From an uncultured Bacteroidia bacterium (lineage in GTDB: Bacteria; Bacteroidota; Bacteroidia; NS11-12g; UBA9320), in assembly GCA_943789165.1 (NCBI GenBank), contig CALSTB010000003.1, positions 391,454-455,453 on the forward strand: a DNA stretch of 64,000 nt, written 5' to 3'. The notes beneath the pieces were generated by a model, which was not told the DNA's origin, did not search any database, and saw only the letters and a program-made list of their open reading frames with translations. The position numbers were made by a program, and so were the translations under genes. Shown here one piece after another: positions 28,028 to 38,150 of this stretch (position 1 is its first letter; the number at the start of each line of letters is the position of its first letter).

Positions 28028-31000
28028 ATGATACAATATAAATTGTGGAACAACATTTTGGGATGGGTAAGTTTTGCTATTGCAATGGTCGTTTACTCAT
28101 TAACAGTTGAACCATCTGTTCCGCTTTGGGATTGTGGAGAGTTTATTTCAGCTTCTTATAGTTTGCAAGTAGTTCACCCTCCTGGAGCACCTCTATTCCT
28201 GCTTTTGGGTAGACTTTTCTCCTTATTTGCTCCAAGTGCCGAGCATGTCGCACTAGCGGTGAACATGTTGTCAGTTGTAGCAAGTGCTTTAACTGTCGGT
28301 TTTACTTTTTGGATAACCACACATTTTGCTGTAAAAGCGATTGGTCTTAATATTCAGAAACCAGAGGTGAGCATGGAGAACGGATTAACCATTTTTGGTT
28401 CCGGATTAATCGCTGCCTTGGCGTTAACGTTTATGGACACGTTTTGGTTTAGTGCAGTAGAAGCGGAAGTATATGCTTCTTCATCTTTATTCACTGCGTT
28501 GTCGTTTTGGGGAATATTAAAATGGGAGACGAATAAAAACGAACCAACTGCAAATCGTTGGTTGGTGTTTATCGCATACACCGTTGGATTATCAATAGGA
28601 CTTCACTTATTGAACTTACTTGTTATTCCAGCTGTCGTTTTATATTACTTCTTCAATAGATACGAGGTAACTCCATTAAACATTATGCGAGCACTTGGAA
28701 TTGGTGCTGGTTCTTTGGTGTTTATTAACTGGGGACTTATCCCAGGAGTACCTAAAGTTGCTGCGATGTTTGACAAACTATTTGTCAATTCATTTGGACT
28801 TCCATTTAATTCTGGCGTTCTATTTACCGTTCTGTTGGTACTTGGTCTTGTTATTTTTGGCATCCGATATTCCATTCAGAACAAAAAACCATTACTTAAC
28901 CTTGTGATGCTTTGTACCACCTTCATTTTGATTGGGTACAGTTCATACTCGATGGTAGTCATTCGTTCGTTAGCTGAGCCAGCAATCGACATGAACGACC
29001 CAGAAGATGCCTATAGTTTGTTAAGCTACATACAGCGTGAGCAGTATGGCGACAGACCATTGTTCAAAGGTCCATACTACAACGCCCGTTTGGCTCCTCC
29101 TTATTACAAAGAAGGTTCAGCGCAATACCGAAACGGAAAAGACGCTGAAGGCAAAGACGTATATGTTAAAACTGGAAATCGGGTTGAATATGTTTGGGAT
29201 GAAAGATATCTGACCAACTTCCCTCGAATGGGTGATTTAACTGACAAAAACAAAGGATATAAATACTGGTATAAGGAACGCGAAAAGACTGACGCAAACG
29301 GAAACAAAGAAATCGTTACCCCAGAATTCAAAGACAACATTGGTTTTATGATGAATTACCAGTTGGGATGGATGTACTGGCGATATTTCTTCTGGAATTT
29401 TGGTGGACGTCAAAGTGATATACAAAACGTAGACAACAATATTTTTGATGGTAACTGGATGAGTGGTGTTGGTGCGTTTGACAACCGTAGAATTGGTCCA
29501 CAAGACAAAATTCCTGCGTCATTGTCGAGCAACAAAGCACGAAACAAATACTACCTAATTCCTTTCTTATTAGGACTTATTGGAATCCTCTTCCAATTTA
29601 CGCGTCAGAAGTACGATGCAACCGTTGTGTTGACCTTGTTTGTATTTACAGGGATGATGATTGTGATTTATTTGAACCAGCCTCCATTGGAACCTCGAGA
29701 ACGAGATTACACCAACGTTGGATCATATCAAACCTTCTGTATTTGGATTGGTTTGGCTGTATTGGCAATCACTCAAGCACTTAAAAAGTACATGAATGGT
29801 CGTCTTGCTGCCATGGTAGCAATTGTGTTGTGTTCGACTGCCCCTTATTTAATGGGTTCTCAGAACTGGGATGACCATGACCGTTCAGACAGATATTTGG
29901 GTATTAGCTTCGCTAAAAACTATTTAAACTCATGTGCTCCTAACGCCATTCTATTTACCAATGGAGATAACGATACCTATCCACTTTGGTATGCCCAAAA
30001 CGTTGAAGGGTACAGAACAGATGTTAGGGTTATTAACCTGAGTCTGTTGAGCACTGAGTATTATGCACAGGCGCTAACTCGTAAGTACTATGGATCAGAT
30101 CCATTACCACTATCTATTATTCCTAGTGAAAAGCTGCAAGATGGTGAACGTGAAGGCATTTTGTGGAAACAAGACAATCCATTCTTTAACTCAAAAGATT
30201 ATTACGATTTGTCGACTATCCTGAAATTCATGACCAGTGACGACGATCGACACAAAGCGTCTTCGAATCAGGCTAAGCCGAGTGAGTTGGAAAACTACCT
30301 GCCTTCTCGAAACGTATTCGTTCCAGTTGATAAAGCTGCAGCAGTGGCTTCAGGAATGATTAAACTTCAAGACACTGATAAGATTGTCGACAATATTCAG
30401 TTTAACTTAGGAACGCGACTGATGAAAGGTAGTGTGGTAATGTTGGACATAATTGCCACCAACGCAGCCAACGGCTGGGAAAGACCTATCTACTTTACAA
30501 CAACAACTGGTGACGATACATACGCTGGCTTAGAGTCTTATTTCCGACATGAAGGACTAACCTACCGATTGGTTCCAATGAAACACAACTGGGACCAGTA
30601 TAGAGGTCTAACGGATAAAGATCTCATCTATCAAAGGTTAATGAAAGACTTTGAGTGGGGAAATATGGACAAAGGCGAAATGTTCTTAGACCACAAAGCG
30701 ACCTTGGTTCCTCGAAACTTGCGAATATTGTTTGTGCAAGTAGCACAGCATTACACTAGTGAAGGCGATACCGTTAAGGCAAAAGAACTCTTGCTAGAAT
30801 CACTTCGCGTAATTCCAGAATCAGTGTTGCCAATGGACACGTATGTACGTTCTTACTACATTGAAATGCTGAATTCATGCGGAGATAAAGAAACAGCTCA
30901 AATGTTGTTGGATCGTAGTGTGAATCAAATTGCTGAAGAAATGGAGTACTACAACATGCTAGCGCGCCATAAGAATAGAAAGTTCAAAAAGATTGGTAAA

Positions 31001-31111
31001 CAAAAATTAGAATCGACTGTTCGTGACCTACAGCAAAATATTGGCATCGCCACTCGAATGAGTGACTCTACTTCAGTACGAAGGTTATCGTCATTGAACG
31101 GCGGCTTATAA
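28028..31111 (+). CDS. DUF2723 (TMEM260-like, GT-C fold) polytopic membrane glycosyltransferase-like protein
   Basis: N-terminal WDCGEFISASYSLQVVHPPGAPLF is the DUF2723 signature, followed by many TM helices and a large soluble C-terminal region. ATG at 28028 is preferred to the GTG at 28004. Confidence 0.7.
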   Translation: MIQYKLWNNILGWVSFAIAMVVYSLTVEPSVPLWDCGEFISASYSLQVVHPPGAPLFLLLGRLFSLFAPSAEHVALAVNMLSVVASALTVGFTFWITTHFAVKAIGLNIQKPEVSMENGLTIFGSGLIAALALTFMDTFWFSAVEAEVYASSSLFTALSFWGILKWETNKNEPTANRWLVFIAYTVGLSIGLHLLNLLVIPAVVLYYFFNRYEVTPLNIMRALGIGAGSLVFINWGLIPGVPKVAAMFDKLFVNSFGLPFNSGVLFTVLLVLGLVIFGIRYSIQNKKPLLNLVMLCTTFILIGYSSYSMVVIRSLAEPAIDMNDPEDAYSLLSYIQREQYGDRPLFKGPYYNARLAPPYYKEGSAQYRNGKDAEGKDVYVKTGNRVEYVWDERYLTNFPRMGDLTDKNKGYKYWYKEREKTDANGNKEIVTPEFKDNIGFMMNYQLGWMYWRYFFWNFGGRQSDIQNVDNNIFDGNWMSGVGAFDNRRIGPQDKIPASLSSNKARNKYYLIPFLLGLIGILFQFTRQKYDATVVLTLFVFTGMMIVIYLNQPPLEPRERDYTNVGSYQTFCIWIGLAVLAITQALKKYMNGRLAAMVAIVLCSTAPYLMGSQNWDDHDRSDRYLGISFAKNYLNSCAPNAILFTNGDNDTYPLWYAQNVEGYRTDVRVINLSLLSTEYYAQALTRKYYGSDPLPLSIIPSEKLQDGEREGILWKQDNPFFNSKDYYDLSTILKFMTSDDDRHKASSNQAKPSELENYLPSRNVFVPVDKAAAVASGMIKLQDTDKIVDNIQFNLGTRLMKGSVVMLDIIATNAANGWERPIYFTTTTGDDTYAGLESYFRHEGLTYRLVPMKHNWDQYRGLTDKDLIYQRLMKDFEWGNMDKGEMFLDHKATLVPRNLRILFVQVAQHYTSEGDTVKAKELLLESLRVIPESVLPMDTYVRSYYIEMLNSCGDKETAQMLLDRSVNQIAEEMEYYNMLARHKNRKFKKIGKQKLESTVRDLQQNIGIATRMSDSTSVRRLSSLNGGL

Positions 31112-31158
31112 AGAATCAACATTTAATTACTACGGGTATCCTATACCCGTAGTTTAAT

Positions 31159-31896
31159 ATGGAGAAAAAAGCACCCCAAAAGCAGCTCATCTATGGCATT
31201 CATGCTGTGCAAGAAGCCATTGAGTCAGGTAAACAGTTTGAACGTATTTACATTCTGAAAACAGACAAAGGCGCAGCCTTGATGGATCTGAATGCTCAGA
31301 TTAAAGCAAATCGACTGCCTGTTCACCATGTTCCTATTCACAAGCTGAATCGCTTAACACGTAGTAACCACCAAGGTGTGGTAGCCTATTTGTCCTTGAT
31401 TCCAAATGTCGTGATAGATGAAATCATTACACGCACGTTTGAGGCTGGCGAACATCCAAAGATTTTGGTGTTAGATGGTATCACTGACGTTAGAAACTTT
31501 GGCGCTTTAAGTCGTTCTGCTCTGGCTTTCGGTTTCCATGCCGTAGTTGTGCCCAACAAAGGGTCGGCGCTGCTTCACGAAGACGCAGTTAAAGCATCCG
31601 CTGGGGCCTTAATGAAAATCCCTGTAGCGAAAGTGATTAACCTTAGTCGTTCTTTGGAAGAAATGAAGGGTTTCGGACTTAAAATTATCGGCATTACCGA
31701 AAAGGGTACGGAATCTATTCGAAAATTAAGCATCAACGAACCAGTTGCAATGGTGCTTGGAAACGAAGAAACCGGTCTCCACGAAAACAGTTTAGCGCTG
31801 TGTGAAGCGACGTATCGCATTGACATTTCTGAGGAAATTGACTCACTAAATGTGTCAGTTGCCGGTGCAATTGCCATGTTTCAAGCGTCCAACTAA
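31159..31896 (+). CDS. rlmB: 23S rRNA (guanosine-2'-O)-methyltransferase, SpoU/TrmH family
   Basis: YGIHAV.EA, LDGITDVRNFGA..RSA and VLGNEETGL motifs. Confidence 0.85.
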   Translation: MEKKAPQKQLIYGIHAVQEAIESGKQFERIYILKTDKGAALMDLNAQIKANRLPVHHVPIHKLNRLTRSNHQGVVAYLSLIPNVVIDEIITRTFEAGEHPKILVLDGITDVRNFGALSRSALAFGFHAVVVPNKGSALLHEDAVKASAGALMKIPVAKVINLSRSLEEMKGFGLKIIGITEKGTESIRKLSINEPVAMVLGNEETGLHENSLALCEATYRIDISEEIDSLNVSVAGAIAMFQASN

Positions 31897-32088
31897 TTTT
31901 TTTCTTAAACAGTTTCCTTCTTTTTTACGCCTTTTAGGCCCCAATACCTTCTGTAATACACTCATTATGTGGTCATTAATTTCACACATAGGGTGTCAAG
32001 GCGTTTAAAAAACTAAAAATCTTTTTGCTTGTTTTTTTCATATAGAAAATTATTTTCGCGAACAATTGGGACAAGTAAATTTAAAATT

Positions 32089-32310
32089 ATGTATTGGACT
32101 TTAGAATTAGCATCTTATTTGGATGACGCACCATGGCCAGCAAGCAAGGATGAGTTAATAGATTATGCAATTCGATCAGGAGCTCCACTTGAGGTTGTAG
32201 AAAATCTACAAGAATTAGAGGATGACGGAGAAGCATTTGAATCAATCGATGAAGTATGGAGTGAATACCCTACCACAGACGATTATTTCTTTAACGAAGA
32301 CGAGCTATAA
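32089..32310 (+). CDS. DUF2795 domain protein
   Basis: YLDDAPWPASKDELIDYAIRSGAPLEVVENLQEL is the characteristic DUF2795 core. Start chosen at the internal ATG. Confidence 0.65.
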   Translation: MYWTLELASYLDDAPWPASKDELIDYAIRSGAPLEVVENLQELEDDGEAFESIDEVWSEYPTTDDYFFNEDEL

Positions 32311-32328
32311 ACGCTCGACCATAAAATG

Positions 32329-33192
32329 TTAACCGGGTTTATCCCGGTTTTTTTTTGCTAAAAAATCTACCACCTTTTCCAATACGGCCTCGTCTTTTAA
32401 TCCTCCATTGTGTCCCAACCCTTTTGTGATTAAAAGTTCCGCATTCGACCGTTCCGCCAAAGCATGTAATTCCGTAACGGGTACTTCAGGATCTCGTTCG
32501 TCACCAATAACCATCATTTGAGGAGGATTTTCAATGTCTCGAAAACGGTAGTAGGTTGAATAGTATGAAAAATCCTGATTGAAATTCTTGGATAGTCGGT
32601 TTAACAGGGCCGTTTTTATTTTTTCGTTTCCACCTATCTGTTCTATAAACCGATTCATTATTGTTTCTCCATAAATGGACGAATTGGCAACCACTAATTT
32701 TTCAACGGTATGTTCATTGTCAGCTAAGAATAGGATGCTGGCCATTGCACCGAGTGAATGGCCCATTAATGCATAAACACCGTTAAAATGTTCAACAATT
32801 GCTTTCAGATTGGCTTTAAACTCCAGTACGCTTGAACTTGATCCTTCAGACTCCACATGACCAGGTAAATCTGGAATCACTACTGTAAAACCTGCACTAA
32901 CCAATGGCTCTATGAACTTACGATAATGAAGGCCTTTGCTGCTCCAACCGTGTACTAAAACGATAACTGGACCATCACCCCAAAACCATGCTGCAGTTTT
33001 TTTTCCAGCAATCACAAAATCGACGCGACTCCCTTCTTCCTTTTTTACAAGATCCAAAGGATGAGAGGTAAGCCTAAAGGGTTTAAAGAAAATGTAATAG
33101 GCAAATCGTCCACCAAGGGTTGGACTAATAATTCCTAAAAACCGAATAATAAATTGAATTAGGCGTTGCATGTATATTTTATCGTCGGACAA
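32329..33192 (-). CDS. Alpha/beta hydrolase
   Basis: HGW oxyanion region and the nucleophile elbow GHSLGA. Confidence 0.75.
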   Translation of the reverse strand: MSDDKIYMQRLIQFIIRFLGIISPTLGGRFAYYIFFKPFRLTSHPLDLVKKEEGSRVDFVIAGKKTAAWFWGDGPVIVLVHGWSSKGLHYRKFIEPLVSAGFTVVIPDLPGHVESEGSSSSVLEFKANLKAIVEHFNGVYALMGHSLGAMASILFLADNEHTVEKLVVANSSIYGETIMNRFIEQIGGNEKIKTALLNRLSKNFNQDFSYYSTYYRFRDIENPPQMMVIGDERDPEVPVTELHALAERSNAELLITKGLGHNGGLKDEAVLEKVVDFLAKKNRDKPG

Positions 33193-33209
33193 AGGTGTAA
33201 AATTGCATT

Positions 33210-33668
33210 ATGAAACTCCTCACTGCGATCGGTTTAATTTGTCAATTTGTCGCTTTCTGGTTTGCTGCACCGGAACTATTGGGGGAATCTGCCTTGAAAC
33301 GTATGCAATCTGGCATTCAAAAACTAGTCACTTGGATTCCGATTATCGTTTCGCTTTTAATCATACTAGGTTACGGTTTGACCTTTATTACCATTAGCGC
33401 GTACAACGCTTACCAAATGTCAAAAACGGGTGAAGTGGTCATTGATCCAACCAAATACTTTGTCGCCATGGCTATTTTTACCACACTGTACATCGTCTTC
33501 ATCATTAAGTACAAAAAAATTAAGTCGTATTTGGAAAACAAAGTGGCCATACCTCTAACCCACAAGCTGCTTAATAGCAATGAAACACGAAAAAACGCGC
33601 TGATAATCGGGGCATTGCTGTTTACGATAGGATTTGTTGCCCAGTTTGTGGCCGTTTTATTGACCTAA
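33210..33668 (+). CDS. Hypothetical membrane protein (about 4 TM segments)
   Basis: Hydrophobic segments only. No motif recognised. Confidence 0.4.
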   Translation: MKLLTAIGLICQFVAFWFAAPELLGESALKRMQSGIQKLVTWIPIIVSLLIILGYGLTFITISAYNAYQMSKTGEVVIDPTKYFVAMAIFTTLYIVFIIKYKKIKSYLENKVAIPLTHKLLNSNETRKNALIIGALLFTIGFVAQFVAVLLT

Positions 33669-34463
33669 TAGTTTCGATACCACCTTATTGGTTTCAGAAA
33701 CCAATAATCTGTGGCCTTTATCTACCAAAACTACTTTACAATTTTGAACCTTGGATTGAAAACGAAGCGCACTTCTATAAGAAATCACACTATCGTTTTT
33801 ACCATAAATCAGGTATGACTTAATTTGGGAGTCACTTATTTCTTCTATCGACTTTTTAACTCCCGGACTTATCCCTGCCGTGCTCGACCAACGATCGAAT
33901 AATTCTTGTCGCTTACTCTTGGTATCCACAGTCGATTTGTAGAATTTTAAGGTCTTTTTATTTACAAAACCAAGGCGCTTAATAAACCGCGCTGTTGAAA
34001 AAAATAAGCCAGGTGATAGTATGAATTGTTTGAACACCCACTGACCAATTTTCGTTTTAGTAATAAAGTTAAAAGCAGGCTTTCTTTTCAAACCATCGGC
34101 TGCAATTAACCACAAGTCATTGATCTTGCTTTTGAACGCTACCGCAAAGCCAAGTGCGTAGTTACCTCCAATGCTGTAACCCAGAAGACTTATATGATCA
34201 CTGGCTTTCACGTGATGTAGAAACCGCTCCATTAGATCAGCCAACAACTCGTTATTTAGTTTCTCCTCTTCCCGCCAAATAGTTTTTCCTTGGAACGGTA
34301 GGTCGACAGAAACCAATCGATATTTTTTTCCAAGACTGGGTTCCAGAACATTAAAGACGGTACAATCCTGACCATAGCCATGAAAACAAATCAAGGTTTC
34401 GGGTCCAGACCCAAACTCAACATAATTTATGATCGAATTACGCCAATGAAATACCTTTTCCAC
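33657..34463 (-). CDS. Alpha/beta hydrolase
   Basis: FHGYGQ and the nucleophile elbow GYSIGG. Confidence 0.7.
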   Translation of the reverse strand: MEKVFHWRNSIINYVEFGSGPETLICFHGYGQDCTVFNVLEPSLGKKYRLVSVDLPFQGKTIWREEEKLNNELLADLMERFLHHVKASDHISLLGYSIGGNYALGFAVAFKSKINDLWLIAADGLKRKPAFNFITKTKIGQWVFKQFILSPGLFFSTARFIKRLGFVNKKTLKFYKSTVDTKSKRQELFDRWSSTAGISPGVKKSIEEISDSQIKSYLIYGKNDSVISYRSALRFQSKVQNCKVVLVDKGHRLLVSETNKVVSKLLGQ

Positions 34464-34490
34464 AATGCCTGATTTAGGATTTTAAAGTCT

Positions 34491-34498
34491 TAATTTTG
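34491..34498 (+). promoter_or_regulatory. -7 promoter box (TAATTTTG) upstream of carB
   Basis: Exact TAnnTTTG match 20 nt before the ATG at 34519. Confidence 0.4.
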
Positions 34499-34518
34499 CC
34501 CAATTTGAAAGAAAACTA

Positions 34519-37336
34519 ATGCCCAAAGATACCTCAATAAAATCAGTCTTAATTATCGGAAGCGGTCCAATCATTATTGGCCAAGCATGTGAATTTGATT
34601 ACTCAGGTTCCCAAGCTGCAAGAAGCTTAATGGAAGAAGGAATTTCGGTTACCTTAATCAACTCAAATCCTGCAACCATTATGACCGACCCTGTAATGGC
34701 TGATAACATTTACCTATTGCCTTTAACACCAGAGTCGATTGTTACCATTTTAAAGAAACACCAAATTGATGCCGTACTGCCTACAATGGGCGGACAAACT
34801 GCATTGAATTTAGCTAAAGAAGCCGATGAACTTGGTATTTGGACCGAGTACAACGTTCGGATGATCGGTGTAGACATGGAGGCTGTTGAAAAAACAGAAA
34901 ACCGCGAAGCGTTCCGCCAGTTGATGGTGGATATAGGCATTGGCGTTGCTCCTTCGAAGATTGCAAATTCCTTTCTTGAAGGAAAAGAAGCAGCTCAGAA
35001 ATTAGGATTTCCTTTGGTAATTCGACCATCGTATACCCTTGGTGGATACGGAGGTGGCTTCGTACACAACAAAGAAGAATTTGACGAATCGCTAAAGCGT
35101 GGACTAGAAGCATCCCCGACACACGAGGTGTTGGTGGAGCAAGCCGTTTTAGGTTGGAAAGAATACGAGCTTGAGTTGTTGCGTGATGCAAATGACAACA
35201 TTGCCATTATCTGTACCATTGAAAACTTTGACCCAATGGGCATCCATACGGGAGATTCGATAACAGTGGCTCCTGCCATGACGCTTAGTGATACGTGTTT
35301 CCAAGAAATGCGTGATCAGTCTATAAAGATGATGCGAAGCATCGGAAATTTTGCTGGTGGTTGTAATGTGCAGTTTTCTGTGAACCCTGAAGATGAAACC
35401 ATTATTGCTATTGAAATAAACCCTCGGGTGAGTAGGTCATCTGCATTGGCTTCAAAAGCAACCGGTTATCCAATTGCTAAAATTGCTGCAAAACTGGCTA
35501 TTGGATATCACCTTGATGAGCTTAAAAACCCAGTTACAAAAACGACTTCGGCCTTTTTTGAGCCGTCTATAGATTATACGATTGTGAAGATTCCTCGATG
35601 GAATTTTGCCAAATTCCCTGGTGCGGAAACCCAATTAGGCTTGCAAATGAAGTCGGTAGGTGAGGTAATGGCCATCGGACGTAGTTTCCAAGAAGCACTT
35701 CAAAAGGCTTGTCAGAGTTTAGAACTTAAAACGAATGGGCTTAGGCTGTGACGGTTATGAAGAACGCAACCTAGAAATCATTGTGAATAGCTTGAAAAAA
35801 CCAAGCTGGGATCGATTGTTCCACATCAAAGACGCGATATCGTTAGGAATACCAATCACGTCGATTCAAGAGGCAACAAAGATTGACCGTTGGTTTTTGG
35901 AACAGATTTACGATTTGGTTAAAACCGAACGTGAAATCAAAAAATACACTTTACAGAACATTGAACCTTCGGTATTGCGAATCGCCAAAGAAAAAGGCTT
36001 TTCGGATTTCCAAATTGCGCACGTAATGGGCAATTGTACTGAGGACGAAGTGTTCGATAAAAGAACTGCGTTAGGCATCAGACGCGTTTATAAAATGGTA
36101 GATACCTGTTCTGCGGAATTCGAATCACCAACCAACTACTTCTATTCCACGTTTGACGGTGAAAACGAATCAATCGTTACCGACAAGAAAAAAGTCGTTG
36201 TTTTAGGCGCTGGTCCGAATAGAATTGGCCAAGGTATTGAATTCGATTACTGTTGTGTTCATGGGCTTATCGCTTCGAAAGAAATGGACTATGAAGCCAT
36301 CATGATTAACTGTAATCCTGAAACCGTATCCACAGATTTCGATATGGCGAATAAGCTGTATTTCGAGCCGGTATTCTGGGAACATTTAATTGAAATCATT
36401 GAACTTGAAAAACCTGAAGGTGTCATCGTCCAGTTAGGTGGCCAAACGGCGCTTAAACTGGCCGAAAAACTCCATAAAAGAGGGATTAAAATTATTGGAA
36501 CGGCATTCCCTGACATGGATTTGGCGGAAGACAGAGGATCGTTCTCTGACTTGTTGAAAGAACTTGGCATTCCGTATCCAGAATACGGTGTGGCAGATAA
36601 TGCTTACGAAGCAGTAGAAATAGCCAATCGAGTTGGATATCCAGTATTGGTTCGACCTTCTTATGTTTTGGGCGGACAAGGAATGAAAATCGTTATCAAC
36701 GATGAAGATTTACAAAAGGCAGTTATTGAGCTACAAGGTGATTTGCCAGACAACAAGATACTCATCGACCATTTCTTAGATCGCGCAGAAGAATCTGAAA
36801 GCGATAGTATTTGCGATGGTGAAGACGTACATATCTTGGGCATGATGGAGCACATTGAACCTGCCGGAATTCACTCAGGTGATTCGTCTGCGGTATTGCC
36901 TCCATTTAGCTTTTCACAAACCGTTCTAGATCAGATGGAAGAATACACCATCAAGATTGCACATGCGTTGAACATACGTGGTTTGTTAAACATTCAATTT
37001 GCGGTGAAGAATGAAAAAGTATACGTCATCGAAGCGAATCCACGTGGTTCTCGAACGGTACCTTTCATTTGCAAAGCATATGAGGTTCCTTATGTGAATA
37101 TTGCGACCAAAATTATGTTGGGTACACACAAACTAAAAGACTTTGATATTGTTAAAAAACCGAAAGGCTATGCAATTAAAAAGCCTGTTTTCTCTTTTAA
37201 CAAATTCCCTAACGTGAACAAAGAATTAGGTCCTGAAATGAAATCAACTGGAGAAGCTATTTACTTCGTTGAAGATTTGAAAGATCCATACTTCCGTGAA
37301 CTGTACAAAGAGAAATCGATGTACCTAAGCAAGTAA
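34519..37336 (+). pseudogene. carB: Carbamoyl-phosphate synthase large subunit, interrupted by a +1 frameshift near 35743
   Basis: ORFs 34519-35751 and 35735-37336 together give a colinear CarB: two ATP-grasp halves, and ...[14 protein letters not shown] | GCDGYEE...PSWDRLF...DRWFLEQI. The frames overlap by 17 nt and join if one base is removed around ctt-A-ggc. Confidence 0.85.
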
Positions 37337-37337
37337 T

Positions 37338-37574
37338 ATGTTTTTTCGTAATCTCCTTCTCATTATCGTTGCCTATCTGCTTTGGCAGTTTATCAGCAAG
37401 GCGTGGAAATTTCGTAAGTTAATTCTAAGTCAGCGCGATGAAATTCTAAACCAAGCTCGCTCAGCTGAAAAACAAAGACGGGCTGAAGGTGAAGTCAATA
37501 TTTCATCGAATAAAAAATCCAATACCTCTTCGACTGATGAAGGGACTTATGTGGATTACGAAGAGGTAGATTGA
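37338..37574 (+). CDS. Small membrane protein (one TM helix, charged tail)
   Basis: LLLIIVAYLLWQFI followed by a K/R/E/S-rich tail. Starts 2 nt after carB. Confidence 0.45.
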   Translation: MFFRNLLLIIVAYLLWQFISKAWKFRKLILSQRDEILNQARSAEKQRRAEGEVNISSNKKSNTSSTDEGTYVDYEEVD

Positions 37575-37969
37575 CCTTTGTCGCCAACGGCTATTCTCAA
37601 ACACAGTAGGGCCACAATCAAGGTTACTGGTGTGAAAATGTATTTTTCAAAGTCAGAAATGGCCACCATATTTCCTGCTGTATTCATCAAAAACAACACC
37701 GCAAATAGGTAGAAAATGACTTTAACCACGGTCTTTTTACGCATTTCCTTTTTGCGCAAAAGTGTCATTGAAAGTACCAAAAAAACAATGTTCAACAGCA
37801 ACGATACTGATTCAAATTGATACATTTCTTTTTCAGAGGTAAGCCTTCCACCCCACACAAACTCAAAGGGAATAAACTGGAATATTATCGCTAAGTGGTA
37901 TATGATTGTTAACACAAAAGTCCAAGTTATAATGCGCAAAGATTGTTCGACAGAAGGCAAATATTTCAT
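37556..37969 (-). CDS. Hypothetical membrane protein (4 TM)
   Basis: Hydrophobic profile only. Confidence 0.4.
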   Translation of the reverse strand: MKYLPSVEQSLRIITWTFVLTIIYHLAIIFQFIPFEFVWGGRLTSEKEMYQFESVSLLLNIVFLVLSMTLLRKKEMRKKTVVKVIFYLFAVLFLMNTAGNMVAISDFEKYIFTPVTLIVALLCLRIAVGDKGQSTSS

Positions 37970-38150
37970 GTTTCGAATCTAGTGTTTTTAGGCAAGCCTT
38001 TCCGATTGTTTGTCTAACCACATACACGATTTGTTTACCAATGTGTTGCAGACACTGTCGTTGATAGCCGCCTATCACCAAAAAATATGACAGAGTACCA
38101 GAATTTTTTTTTTATTACATTTACACTGACCTAGTAATAAATCCACAGTT

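Noticed and set aside
34519-37336. Naturally split carB (two-gene arrangement as in some thermophiles and archaea)
   Set aside because: The break is not at the internal-duplication midpoint. The two frames overlap by 17 nt and rejoin perfectly after removal of one base. That is the signature of a frameshift or sequencing error rather than an evolved split.
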